Under the pieces are notes generated by a model. The model was not told the origin of the DNA and did not search any database. It saw nothing but the letters and a program-made list of their open reading frames with translations. A program made the position numbers and the translations under genes. Below, in pieces: positions 1 to 7,740 of a stretch of 64,000 nt of DNA. Source of the DNA: a virus (taxonomy: Duplodnaviria > Caudoviricetes). The stretch's first letter is position 1; every line of letters begins with the position of its first letter. The stretch spans positions 1,539-65,538 of the IMG/VR virus record IMGVR_UViG_3300038825_000529; one strand, 5' to 3'.

Positions 1-1
1 T

Positions 2-466
2 ACTTTCTACGAAGGGGATATTTTAGCTTTTGCTTTAGATATGGATAATGGAGCATATTGGATGGGTAATTCAAGATACTCGGGAGTAGCTAATGGTTCT
101 TTTTGGATAGCACCAGGCGGTACAACCACAAGTGGTAGTGTAGCTACAACCGACCCCACAAATGGAAACTATGCTTTGGTTGGCGATGGCGGTGGTACTA
201 ACAGTGGAACTCCTAATTTTAATGGTGGCACGATAACAGGTGGCAGTTTATTAACAGCAGGTTTTACACTAGTAACGCCCTTACTAGGTGCATACCATAG
301 CAACACCGAAGTTACCCTAGAAGTAAACTTTGGTGGGTTTACATCTTACGGAGAAGATGGTGGATATTCAGATGCTAATGGATATGGTAATTTTGCTTAT
401 GCAGTACCATCGGGTTTTTACTCTCTTTGCTCAAAAAATATTGCAGAATTTGGAGGTTCGGGATAA
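2..466 (+). CDS. SPRY/concanavalin A-like lectin tail protein, C-terminal part (5' truncated by window)
   Basis: Frame is open from base 2 (TFYEGDILAFALDMDNG, SPRY-like). The C-terminus NFG...DANGYGNFAYAVPSGFYSLCSKNIAE is paralogous to the end of 60804..62231. Confidence 0.75.
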   Translation, partial: TFYEGDILAFALDMDNGAYWMGNSRYSGVANGSFWIAPGGTTTSGSVATTDPTNGNYALVGDGGGTNSGTPNFNGGTITGGSLLTAGFTLVTPLLGAYHSNTEVTLEVNFGGFTSYGEDGGYSDANGYGNFAYAVPSGFYSLCSKNIAEFGGSG

Positions 467-1536
467 TGGGAGCTTATACAACAATAGACGACCCATCTGT
501 ATATTTTCAGACTAAAACCTATACAGGTACAAGTGGCATACATGATGTTACTCTTGATGGTAATTCAGATATGCAACCTGACTTTGTTTGGTTTAAAAAT
601 AGAACTGTAGGATATAGTCATTCACTATATGATAGTAGCAGAGGTGTCAACAAGCCTTTATCTTCTGACCTTACAAATGATGAAGGAAGTATTACTAATG
701 GCTTAACAAGATTTGACTCCGATGGTTTTAGAGTTTCTTCAGCAGCAGCTATAAATGAAAATTCAATAGTTTGTTGGAACTGGAAAGCTAATGGTGGTAC
801 GACCTCAAGCAATACTGATGGAGATATAACTTCAACTGTACAAGCCAACACCACAGCAGGGTTTAGTATTATGACTTACTCGGGAACAACTGGTGATGTT
901 CATACCATAGGACATGGACTGGGAGTTACTCCCGAGGTTTGGATTGTAAAACAAAGAAGTGGTAACTCAGAATTTAAAGATTGGTTCTTTTGGCATCATC
1001 ATATGGCGGCTAGCAACATTATTGACAACAGGATGATGTTTCTTAATACAACTGCTGGTATAGCAACATACACAGGTATTAATGCTGTAACTAGCACTAC
1101 CATTAGAGTTAAAAGCTCTACAACAGCACAAAATGGAGACACTTATGTAGCTTATGCTTTTGTTGGAAAACAGGGTTATAGTCAGTTCGGCAGTTACACT
1201 GGAACAGGAGATGCAGATGGTCGAATGATAGCAACAGGTTTCAAACCTGCTTTTATATTATTAAAAAAATCAAGTGACAGTGGCGATAATTGGATGATGT
1301 ACGATAACGAAAGACCTGGATTTAATGTGACGGACCAAGCCTTACGCCCAAATTCAGATGCAGCAGAATATGATAATGCAAATGCAAATATAGACATATT
1401 AAGCAATGGCTTTAAACTGCGTACAAGTTTTGGATGGGTAAATCAAAGCAGTCACACATACATATACATGGCATTTGCAGAAAATCCATTCGTAACATCA
1501 GATGATAGCGGATCAATCCCAACAACAGCGAGGTAA
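466..1536 (+). CDS. Tail fibre/receptor-binding-associated beta-rich virion protein (cassette A gene 2)
   Basis: ATG at 466 overlaps the upstream stop. Motifs QPDFVWFKNR, WNWKANGG, GHGLGVTP, TGFKPAF, YIYMAFAENPF; paralogue of 62231..63292. Confidence 0.75.
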   Translation: MGAYTTIDDPSVYFQTKTYTGTSGIHDVTLDGNSDMQPDFVWFKNRTVGYSHSLYDSSRGVNKPLSSDLTNDEGSITNGLTRFDSDGFRVSSAAAINENSIVCWNWKANGGTTSSNTDGDITSTVQANTTAGFSIMTYSGTTGDVHTIGHGLGVTPEVWIVKQRSGNSEFKDWFFWHHHMAASNIIDNRMMFLNTTAGIATYTGINAVTSTTIRVKSSTTAQNGDTYVAYAFVGKQGYSQFGSYTGTGDADGRMIATGFKPAFILLKKSSDSGDNWMMYDNERPGFNVTDQALRPNSDAAEYDNANANIDILSNGFKLRTSFGWVNQSSHTYIYMAFAENPFVTSDDSGSIPTTAR

Positions 1537-1539
1537 ATT

Positions 1540-2115
1540 ATGTGGGCATTAGTAGAATCGGGAAATGTAACAAAACTTTATGTACGACCTAAAAAATTAA
1601 CAATAGGTGATGTAAATTATCCTAGTAATATATTTACTATGTGGTCAAGCTCTGAGTTAGAGGCACTAGGAATTTATGAAGTTATAGAAGATAACACCAA
1701 CTTTAAAGATGATGGGTATTATATTAATACCAATCAAACTTTTACATTTGCTAGTGGAAAAGTAACAGCATCCTATGGTACAGCTACAGCTAAATCTTTA
1801 GACGATACGACTGATCCCGATACTGGCAAGGTTACTAGAGGTTTAAAATATAAACATTCACAAAAAATAGATAATGAGGCGTATGGGTTGTTACAACCTA
1901 ATGATTGGATGGTAGTTAAGGCTACTGAAACAAGTGGCACAGTAGCAAGTGATTGGACTACTTATAGAACAGAAGTTAGAACAGCAGCACAAAGCATGAA
2001 AACAAAAATTAACGCAGTATCAACTGTAGATGCTTTAGCAGCACTATATGTTTATAACGATGCTACACCACCAGTTCGACCATTAGGTAAGTTTCCTGAT
2101 GCACCAACATCATGA
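1540..2115 (+). CDS. Tail fibre assembly/chaperone-like protein (cassette A gene 3)
   Basis: MWALVES start and LQPNDWMVV..W..YR..VR motif typical of fibre-associated chaperones; paralogue of 63296..63910. Confidence 0.65.
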   Translation: MWALVESGNVTKLYVRPKKLTIGDVNYPSNIFTMWSSSELEALGIYEVIEDNTNFKDDGYYINTNQTFTFASGKVTASYGTATAKSLDDTTDPDTGKVTRGLKYKHSQKIDNEAYGLLQPNDWMVVKATETSGTVASDWTTYRTEVRTAAQSMKTKINAVSTVDALAALYVYNDATPPVRPLGKFPDAPTS

Positions 2116-2204
2116 TTTATACAATCTTACATTTAAGTGTTGCAATTTTTTGTGTTGCAGGAACAGCTGTTTTATTAATGGGTGATGATAATCATCCGCT
2201 TTAA
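2112..2204 (+). CDS. Small membrane peptide (30 aa)
   Basis: MIYTILHLSVAIFCVAGTAVLLMGDDNHPL; ATGA overlap with upstream stop; one hydrophobic helix. Below the ORF-track cutoff. Confidence 0.45.
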   Translation: MIYTILHLSVAIFCVAGTAVLLMGDDNHPL

Positions 2205-2216
2205 AGGGAGAAAAAT

Positions 2217-2384
2217 ATGTTAGATATGTTATTAAAAATAATTCAGTTAGCACCTTGGGTTATTTCGGGAGCGTCTTTAGTTTGTGCTTTAACACCAACA
2301 CCAAAAGACGATCAAATGTTGGGTAAAATATACAAATTGATTGATTGGTGTGCAATCAACGTTGGTAAAGCAAAAGACAAATAA
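2217..2384 (+). CDS. Small membrane protein, holin-like (55 aa)
   Basis: GGGAG RBS; MLDMLLKIIQLAPWVISGASLVCALTPTPKDD...; TPTPKDD motif common in small phage membrane proteins. Confidence 0.65.
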   Translation: MLDMLLKIIQLAPWVISGASLVCALTPTPKDDQMLGKIYKLIDWCAINVGKAKDK

Positions 2385-2387
2385 CTC

Positions 2388-2570
2388 ATGACCACTACAA
2401 AAGAAGCATTAATTAAATTAGAAGCACATGAAAGAGAATGTGCTATTCGTTACGAATACATAGAAAAACGTCTTGACGAAGGTTCTGCTAAGTTTAAAAG
2501 ACTAGAACTGATTCTATGGGGTTTGTATGGTTTAATTGCTGCTTCTTTAGGTGTAGATAAACTATTGTAG
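2388..2570 (+). CDS. Small coiled-coil protein with C-terminal TM helix (XhlA/holin-like)
   Basis: HERECAIRY coiled coil followed by hydrophobic LILWGLYGLIAASLG. Confidence 0.6.
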   Translation: MTTTKEALIKLEAHERECAIRYEYIEKRLDEGSAKFKRLELILWGLYGLIAASLGVDKLL

Positions 2571-2579
2571 GAGAGTTAG

Positions 2580-4460
2580 ATGCCTTTACAAAAGTTCCTT
2601 TTTAAACCTGGAATCAACAAAGAAGGAACAGCTTATTCAAACGAAGGTGGGTGGTTTGATTCTAATTTAGTTCGTTTTAGAAAAGGTCTTCCTGAAAAAA
2701 TAGGTGGATGGGCTAAATCTAGTTTAGATTCTTTTCAATCAACTGCTCGAGGATTACATGCATGGGTTGGTTTAGATGGTACTAAGTATTTAGGCGTAGG
2801 AACCACATGGAAGTATTATATTTTAGCAGGTACTTCTTATTACGATATAACTCCTATACGTTCCACCGATGAAAACGTTACAACGTTTTCAGCTACTAAT
2901 GGTAGTGCTGTTATAACAGCAACAGATACAGCTCATGGAGCTGTGGTTAATGATTTTGTAACTATTTCTAATGCGGTTTCTTTAGGTGGTAATATTACTG
3001 CTTCCGTTTTAAACCAAGAACATCAAATAACTTCTGTTCCTGATGTAAACACTTATACGTTTACCGCTTCTGCAACAGCAAACTCTAGTGATTCAGGTAA
3101 TGGTGGTAGTGCTACAGATGCTGCTTATCAATTAAATGTAGGTTTAGATGTTTATGTGCCTTCTTCTGGTTGGGGAGCGGGAACATGGGGAACAGGAACT
3201 TTCGGTTCTACTACCGCTCTTAGTTTTGCTAACCAGTTGAGATTATGGTCACACGATAATTTTGGTGAAGATTTAATACTTAATCCTAGGTTTGGTGGAG
3301 TATTTTATTGGGATCAATCAAATGGTTTGACTACTCGAGCAGTAGCTCTTTCAGATTTATCAGGAGCTGATCTTGCTCCTACAAAAGCATTACAAGTTAT
3401 GGTTTCTGATATTGATCGACATGTTATTTGTTTTGGTGCTGATCCTTTAAACACAGGAGGAACTGCTAGAACAGGGTCTATTGATCCTATGTTTATTGCG
3501 TGGAGTGATCAAGAAAACGCTGCTGTTTGGAATCCTTTAGCTACTAATACTGCAGGTTCTTTTAGATTATCTGCAGGTTCTTCTATTGTGGGGGCAACTA
3601 GAGCTAAACAAGAAATATTAGTTTGGACAGATACTTCTTTATATTCAATGTCTTTTATAGGACAGCCTTTTACATTCGGGTTAAATTTAGTTAATGAGGG
3701 AGTAGGTTTAGTTAGTCCTAATGCAATGGTAAATAGTCCTAAAGGTGTTTTTTGGATGGATAAAAAAGGTTTTTATGGATATAACGGAGCTGTTCAAGAA
3801 ATACCCTGTACCGTACAAGACTATGTTTTTAGTGATATAAATGAAGTTCAAGCTTATCAAATTTTTGGTTTTGTGAATAAAGCTTTCGATGAAGTCGGTT
3901 GGTTTTATTGTAGTGCTGACGCAACAGTTATTGATAAATATGTGGTATTTAATTATGAAGAAAACGTTTGGACTATAGGAACTTTATCAAGAACTGCTTG
4001 GATAGACGAAGGTATTTTTGATAATCCGAAAGCAACATCTTCATCGTCGGATGTAGGTTATTTATATAATCATGAAATAGGTAATGACAATGACGGTAAT
4101 CCTATGACTAATGTTTTTATAGAGTCAAGTGATTTTGATATTGATCCAGGAGGAGAAGATTTTCAATTCATTAGTAGAATTATTCCTGATATTAAATTTA
4201 CAGGAACAGGATCAACAGGAAGTGGCGGACAAAGTGTTAATGTTGTTTTAAAACGTAGGAATTTTCCAGGAGAAAGTTTAACAACAGCAGTAACAAGTAT
4301 TTGTGATTCAGCAACTACTAAAATAGATACAAGAGTTAGAGGCAGACAAGCAGTTTTACGCATAGAATCAGATGACGACGGAGCAACAGGAAGCACTGAA
4401 GGTGTTGGTTTTAGAGTTGGAGCTATGCGATTAAACTTTAGACCTGATGGCAGAAGGTAA
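2580..4460 (+). CDS. Tail nozzle/DNA-stabilisation virion protein (P22 gp10-like beta-propeller)
   Basis: 626 aa; FKPGINKE start, WSHDNFGEDL, IAWSDQE, FWMD, EVGWFY and RPDGRR end, typical of podovirus tail hub proteins; AGGAG RBS. Confidence 0.7.
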   Translation: MPLQKFLFKPGINKEGTAYSNEGGWFDSNLVRFRKGLPEKIGGWAKSSLDSFQSTARGLHAWVGLDGTKYLGVGTTWKYYILAGTSYYDITPIRSTDENVTTFSATNGSAVITATDTAHGAVVNDFVTISNAVSLGGNITASVLNQEHQITSVPDVNTYTFTASATANSSDSGNGGSATDAAYQLNVGLDVYVPSSGWGAGTWGTGTFGSTTALSFANQLRLWSHDNFGEDLILNPRFGGVFYWDQSNGLTTRAVALSDLSGADLAPTKALQVMVSDIDRHVICFGADPLNTGGTARTGSIDPMFIAWSDQENAAVWNPLATNTAGSFRLSAGSSIVGATRAKQEILVWTDTSLYSMSFIGQPFTFGLNLVNEGVGLVSPNAMVNSPKGVFWMDKKGFYGYNGAVQEIPCTVQDYVFSDINEVQAYQIFGFVNKAFDEVGWFYCSADATVIDKYVVFNYEENVWTIGTLSRTAWIDEGIFDNPKATSSSSDVGYLYNHEIGNDNDGNPMTNVFIESSDFDIDPGGEDFQFISRIIPDIKFTGTGSTGSGGQSVNVVLKRRNFPGESLTTAVTSICDSATTKIDTRVRGRQAVLRIESDDDGATGSTEGVGFRVGAMRLNFRPDGRR

Positions 4461-4792
4461 TGTCTAAACTGTTACAAACTAAATTACCTGTTTCGATTGG
4501 AGAGATATCTTCTGAAACATTTAATCGTTTAGTAAGAGTTTTAGAGTTAAGTTTAAATAGGGTTGATATAGATGCAACACTATCGGTAAACGAAACACAA
4601 CGTAATGAAAATAAATTTAACAATGGCGATATTATATGGAATCTTTCTACTAACCAATTACAGCTGTGGAATGGTGAAACATGGATAGATTTATATTCTG
4701 GCAACGAAAAAGGTGTTCAAGCCGTAGCACAGATAGGCAATATAACTGTAGCTACTGGTGGAAATACTTCAATAGAACTGGGGATAAATTAA
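4460..4792 (+). CDS. Hypothetical virion protein
   Basis: 110-aa ORF coupled to the nozzle gene; GDIIWN...LQLWNG..W motif seen in tail-associated proteins. Confidence 0.6.
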   Translation: MSKLLQTKLPVSIGEISSETFNRLVRVLELSLNRVDIDATLSVNETQRNENKFNNGDIIWNLSTNQLQLWNGETWIDLYSGNEKGVQAVAQIGNITVATGGNTSIELGIN

Positions 4793-4794
4793 AT

Positions 4795-5241
4795 ATGAAT
4801 ATTAATAAATTAAGAGAAGAGTTAGAGTTTGATGAAGGCTGTATATATGAGATCTATAATGATCATTTGGGTTATCCTACTTTTGGTATTGGTCACCTTG
4901 TACTTGAAAGCGATCTCGAACACGGAGAACCAGTTGGAACCCCAGTATCAAAGGAACGAGTTATCGAATGTTTTGAAAAAGATATAGAGTCTGTATTTGC
5001 TGATTTAGAAAGAAATATGCCTTGGGCGTCTGATCAACCTGAAGATATAAAACGTGTATTAGCTAATATGTGTTTTAATTTAGGTATTACAAGGTTGTTA
5101 AAGTTTCAAAAGTTTTTAACTGCAATAGAAAAACAAGATTGGAATACTGCCGCAGTTGAGATGATGGATAGTCGTTGGGCTACACAAGTAGGACCTCGTG
5201 CGACTAGGTTAAGAGATAGAGTATTAAAAGGAGGATTATAA
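4795..5241 (+). CDS. T4-type lysozyme (GH24) endolysin
   Basis: EG..IYNDHLGYPTFGIGHL catalytic region, NMCFNLG, MMDSRWATQVG.RA.RL; start moved to ATG 4795. Confidence 0.9.
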   Translation: MNINKLREELEFDEGCIYEIYNDHLGYPTFGIGHLVLESDLEHGEPVGTPVSKERVIECFEKDIESVFADLERNMPWASDQPEDIKRVLANMCFNLGITRLLKFQKFLTAIEKQDWNTAAVEMMDSRWATQVGPRATRLRDRVLKGGL

Positions 5242-5342
5242 TGCCAAAAGTAGGAAAGAAAAAATTTTCATATACCCCTAAAGGGAAAGCAGCAGCAAAA
5301 GCTTATGCTAAGAAAATGAAAAAGAAAAAAGGGAAAAAGTAA
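5241..5342 (+). CDS. Lys-rich basic peptide (33 aa)
   Basis: MPKVGKKKFSYTPKGKAAAKAYAKKMKKKKGKK; AGGAGG RBS; TAATG overlaps at both ends. Confidence 0.7.
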   Translation: MPKVGKKKFSYTPKGKAAAKAYAKKMKKKKGKK

Positions 5343-5530
5343 TGCCAAAAAGTAAAAAGACTCATAAAACCAAAGACGGTCGAACAGCTAAAAAAGGTTT
5401 ATATTACAATATAAACAAAAAACGTAAAGAAGGCAGAAAAATGCGAAAGAAAGGAGCTAAAGGTGCTCCGACTGCAGCAGCCTTTAAACGTTCCGCTAAG
5501 ACCGCTAAGAAGCCTAAAAAGAAAAAGTAA
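5342..5530 (+). CDS. Lys/Arg-rich basic protein
   Basis: GLYYNINKKRK...KGAPTAAAFKRSAKTA; translationally coupled. Confidence 0.7.
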   Translation: MPKSKKTHKTKDGRTAKKGLYYNINKKRKEGRKMRKKGAKGAPTAAAFKRSAKTAKKPKKKK

Positions 5531-5805
5531 TGGCTAAGCCTAAGAAACGCAAAGAAAAGTCTATACGACGTACTACGAAGGGTAAGGGAGCTAATTTTCG
5601 ATCTACTAAGTCTGGTGCAGGTATGACTAAAAAAGGCGTAGCGGCTTACAGACGTAAAAATCCTGGATCAAAATTAAAAACAGCGGTTACAGGTAAAGTT
5701 AAACGAGGCAGTAAAGCAGCAAAAAGACGTAAATCATTCTGTGCTAGATCAAAAGGTTGGAAAGGTGAACGAGGTAAAGCGGCTAGAAGAAGATGGAAAT
5801 GTTAA
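5530..5805 (+). CDS. Lys/Arg-rich basic protein
   Basis: GMTKKGVAAYRRKNPGSKL...RRKSFCARS...RRRWKC, a widespread small phage family. Confidence 0.75.
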   Translation: MAKPKKRKEKSIRRTTKGKGANFRSTKSGAGMTKKGVAAYRRKNPGSKLKTAVTGKVKRGSKAAKRRKSFCARSKGWKGERGKAARRRWKC

Positions 5806-6237
5806 ATGTATGAGTATAACTGTACGGTTACTAGGGTGGTTGATGGCGACACTATTGATGTCATCCTTGATCTTGGCTTTTCTATTCTTCACAAGTGTCG
5901 TGTACGCCTTTATGGGATTGATACACCTGAATCAAGAACCCGAAATAAAGACGAAAAAGCCAGAGGTAAACTTGCGGCTAAGTTCTTAGAAGATTCTATT
6001 AAGAACGGTAAAGTAATTATTTTACAATCTAAACTAAAAGATTCTAAAGGTAAATATGGACGTGTTCTAGGAGCTGTTATCGTAGATGGAGTTGACATCA
6101 ACGAAAAAATGATATTAAAATCTCTTGCAGTTAGATATCATGGGCAGAGTAAACAAGATGTAGAAGCAGAACATATGGAAAACAGACGTAAGTTAATAGA
6201 ACTAGGTGAGTTTGTTCCAGTGGATGTGGAGAAATAA
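5806..6237 (+). CDS. Thermonuclease (SNase-like) family protein
   Basis: RVVDGDTID, RVRLYGIDTPE and GKYGRVL motifs. Confidence 0.88.
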   Translation: MYEYNCTVTRVVDGDTIDVILDLGFSILHKCRVRLYGIDTPESRTRNKDEKARGKLAAKFLEDSIKNGKVIILQSKLKDSKGKYGRVLGAVIVDGVDINEKMILKSLAVRYHGQSKQDVEAEHMENRRKLIELGEFVPVDVEK

Positions 6238-6238
6238 T

Positions 6239-6622
6239 ATGCAAAACGACGGTAGGTTTGGCGGGGATATGGATCGTAATGAAGTTGAGATGGATCTCAA
6301 CAAATTTATGGCGATGATACAAGAAATATCTGATCTTAAAGATAAAATAAGAGATTTAGAAGCTGATGATAAAATAAACCCACATCAAAAGTGGATTCAT
6401 TTAGCTAAAGCGGTAGATTCTTGGCGTATTTTCCCTAGAGCTTTTTTAACTGTTTATATTGTTTTATTGTATAAATGCACTATTTGGTTTATGGAACTTC
6501 CTGAACCTAGTTTTGAACAATCAGGTCTTATATCGATTGTTGTTGGTGCTGGTGCGGCTTGGTTTGGTTTATATGCGGGCACAACAGGTAGTAGTAAACA
6601 ATTTAAAGGTGAAGATTCTTGA
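6239..6622 (+). CDS. Two-TM membrane protein (holin-like)
   Basis: DSWRIFPRAFL..Y, WFM.L, QSGLISIVVGAGAAWFGLY; start moved to ATG 6239. Confidence 0.65.
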   Translation: MQNDGRFGGDMDRNEVEMDLNKFMAMIQEISDLKDKIRDLEADDKINPHQKWIHLAKAVDSWRIFPRAFLTVYIVLLYKCTIWFMELPEPSFEQSGLISIVVGAGAAWFGLYAGTTGSSKQFKGEDS

Positions 6623-7740
6623 ATAAAAAAGAAGAAGAACAACACGATAAGGTTTTTTCGTGGGCGGCAGTTTTCTTTCTAATAACGATAGTTATTGGTT
6701 TATCTGTTAATATAAATGCACAATCTAGTCAACAATCAGGAACAGCTTGTGTAAATGGTTCTCAGTATTGTGAAAATAATAGTTTAGATACTACTAATAC
6801 AACGACGACGACCAACACTAATACAAACACCAATACAAATACTAACACCAACACCAACACGAACAACAACACCAACGTTAATACTAATACAACGACGAGC
6901 ACAGCAACGAATACGAATTCAAACACTAATGTCAACACCAACACGAACAATAATATCAACACATCGACAGCAACTTCGACTTCGAACAACACCAATACAA
7001 ACAATAACGTTAATACTTCGACTTCTAATTCAACAGTAAATTCGACTGTTAATCAAAACGTTAATAACACAAATAATTCGACTTCAACATCGAACAACAC
7101 TAATACCAACACTAACGTAAATCAATCAACTTCAGATTCAAACGTTACAACAGATAATCGAAACGTAAACGAAAATAATTCAAGATCTGATAACACCAAT
7201 AGAAACATAAATGAATCAAACAGCACTCAAACGATTAATCAAAACGTAAAAAGTGAAGCACCTCCTGCGTCTGCGATAGCTCCTAGTATCATGTCTTACT
7301 CACAAGACCTCTGTACAACAGGTGTCTCAGGAGCTTTTCAAGGACAGGTGTTTGGTTTATCTGGTGGTAAAACTATTGTTGATGAAAACTGTGAAAGGTT
7401 AAAACTATCTAAGTATCTATACGATATGGGAATGAAAGTAGCCTCAGTTGCATTGCTTTGTCAAGACAAAAGAGTATTTAAGGCTATGTCAATGGCGGGT
7501 ACACCTTGTCCGTATAACGGTAAAATTGGTAAAGAAGCTACGGTGGCTTGGGAAGAAAACCCGCAAAAAAGACCTGATAAAGATGACGCTTTAGAAGATT
7601 ATATTGCTCAATGTACACATGAAGCTAACCCCAACAGAGACAAGATTAATAAAGATGTTGTAGGTTTAGTTAAAAAAACTTATACACGGAAAACTAAAAC
7701 AGCTAAACAATGCAAAAAAGAGTTTTATTCTACGCATTAG
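6619..7740 (+). CDS. Secreted Thr/Asn-rich low-complexity protein with Cys-containing C-terminal domain
   Basis: N-terminal signal/TM helix; about 150 aa of TN/SN repeats; PPASAIAP..CTTG..CERLK..C..GTPCP domain. TTG start. Confidence 0.7.
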   Translation: MNKKEEEQHDKVFSWAAVFFLITIVIGLSVNINAQSSQQSGTACVNGSQYCENNSLDTTNTTTTTNTNTNTNTNTNTNTNTNNNTNVNTNTTTSTATNTNSNTNVNTNTNNNINTSTATSTSNNTNTNNNVNTSTSNSTVNSTVNQNVNNTNNSTSTSNNTNTNTNVNQSTSDSNVTTDNRNVNENNSRSDNTNRNINESNSTQTINQNVKSEAPPASAIAPSIMSYSQDLCTTGVSGAFQGQVFGLSGGKTIVDENCERLKLSKYLYDMGMKVASVALLCQDKRVFKAMSMAGTPCPYNGKIGKEATVAWEENPQKRPDKDDALEDYIAQCTHEANPNRDKINKDVVGLVKKTYTRKTKTAKQCKKEFYSTH

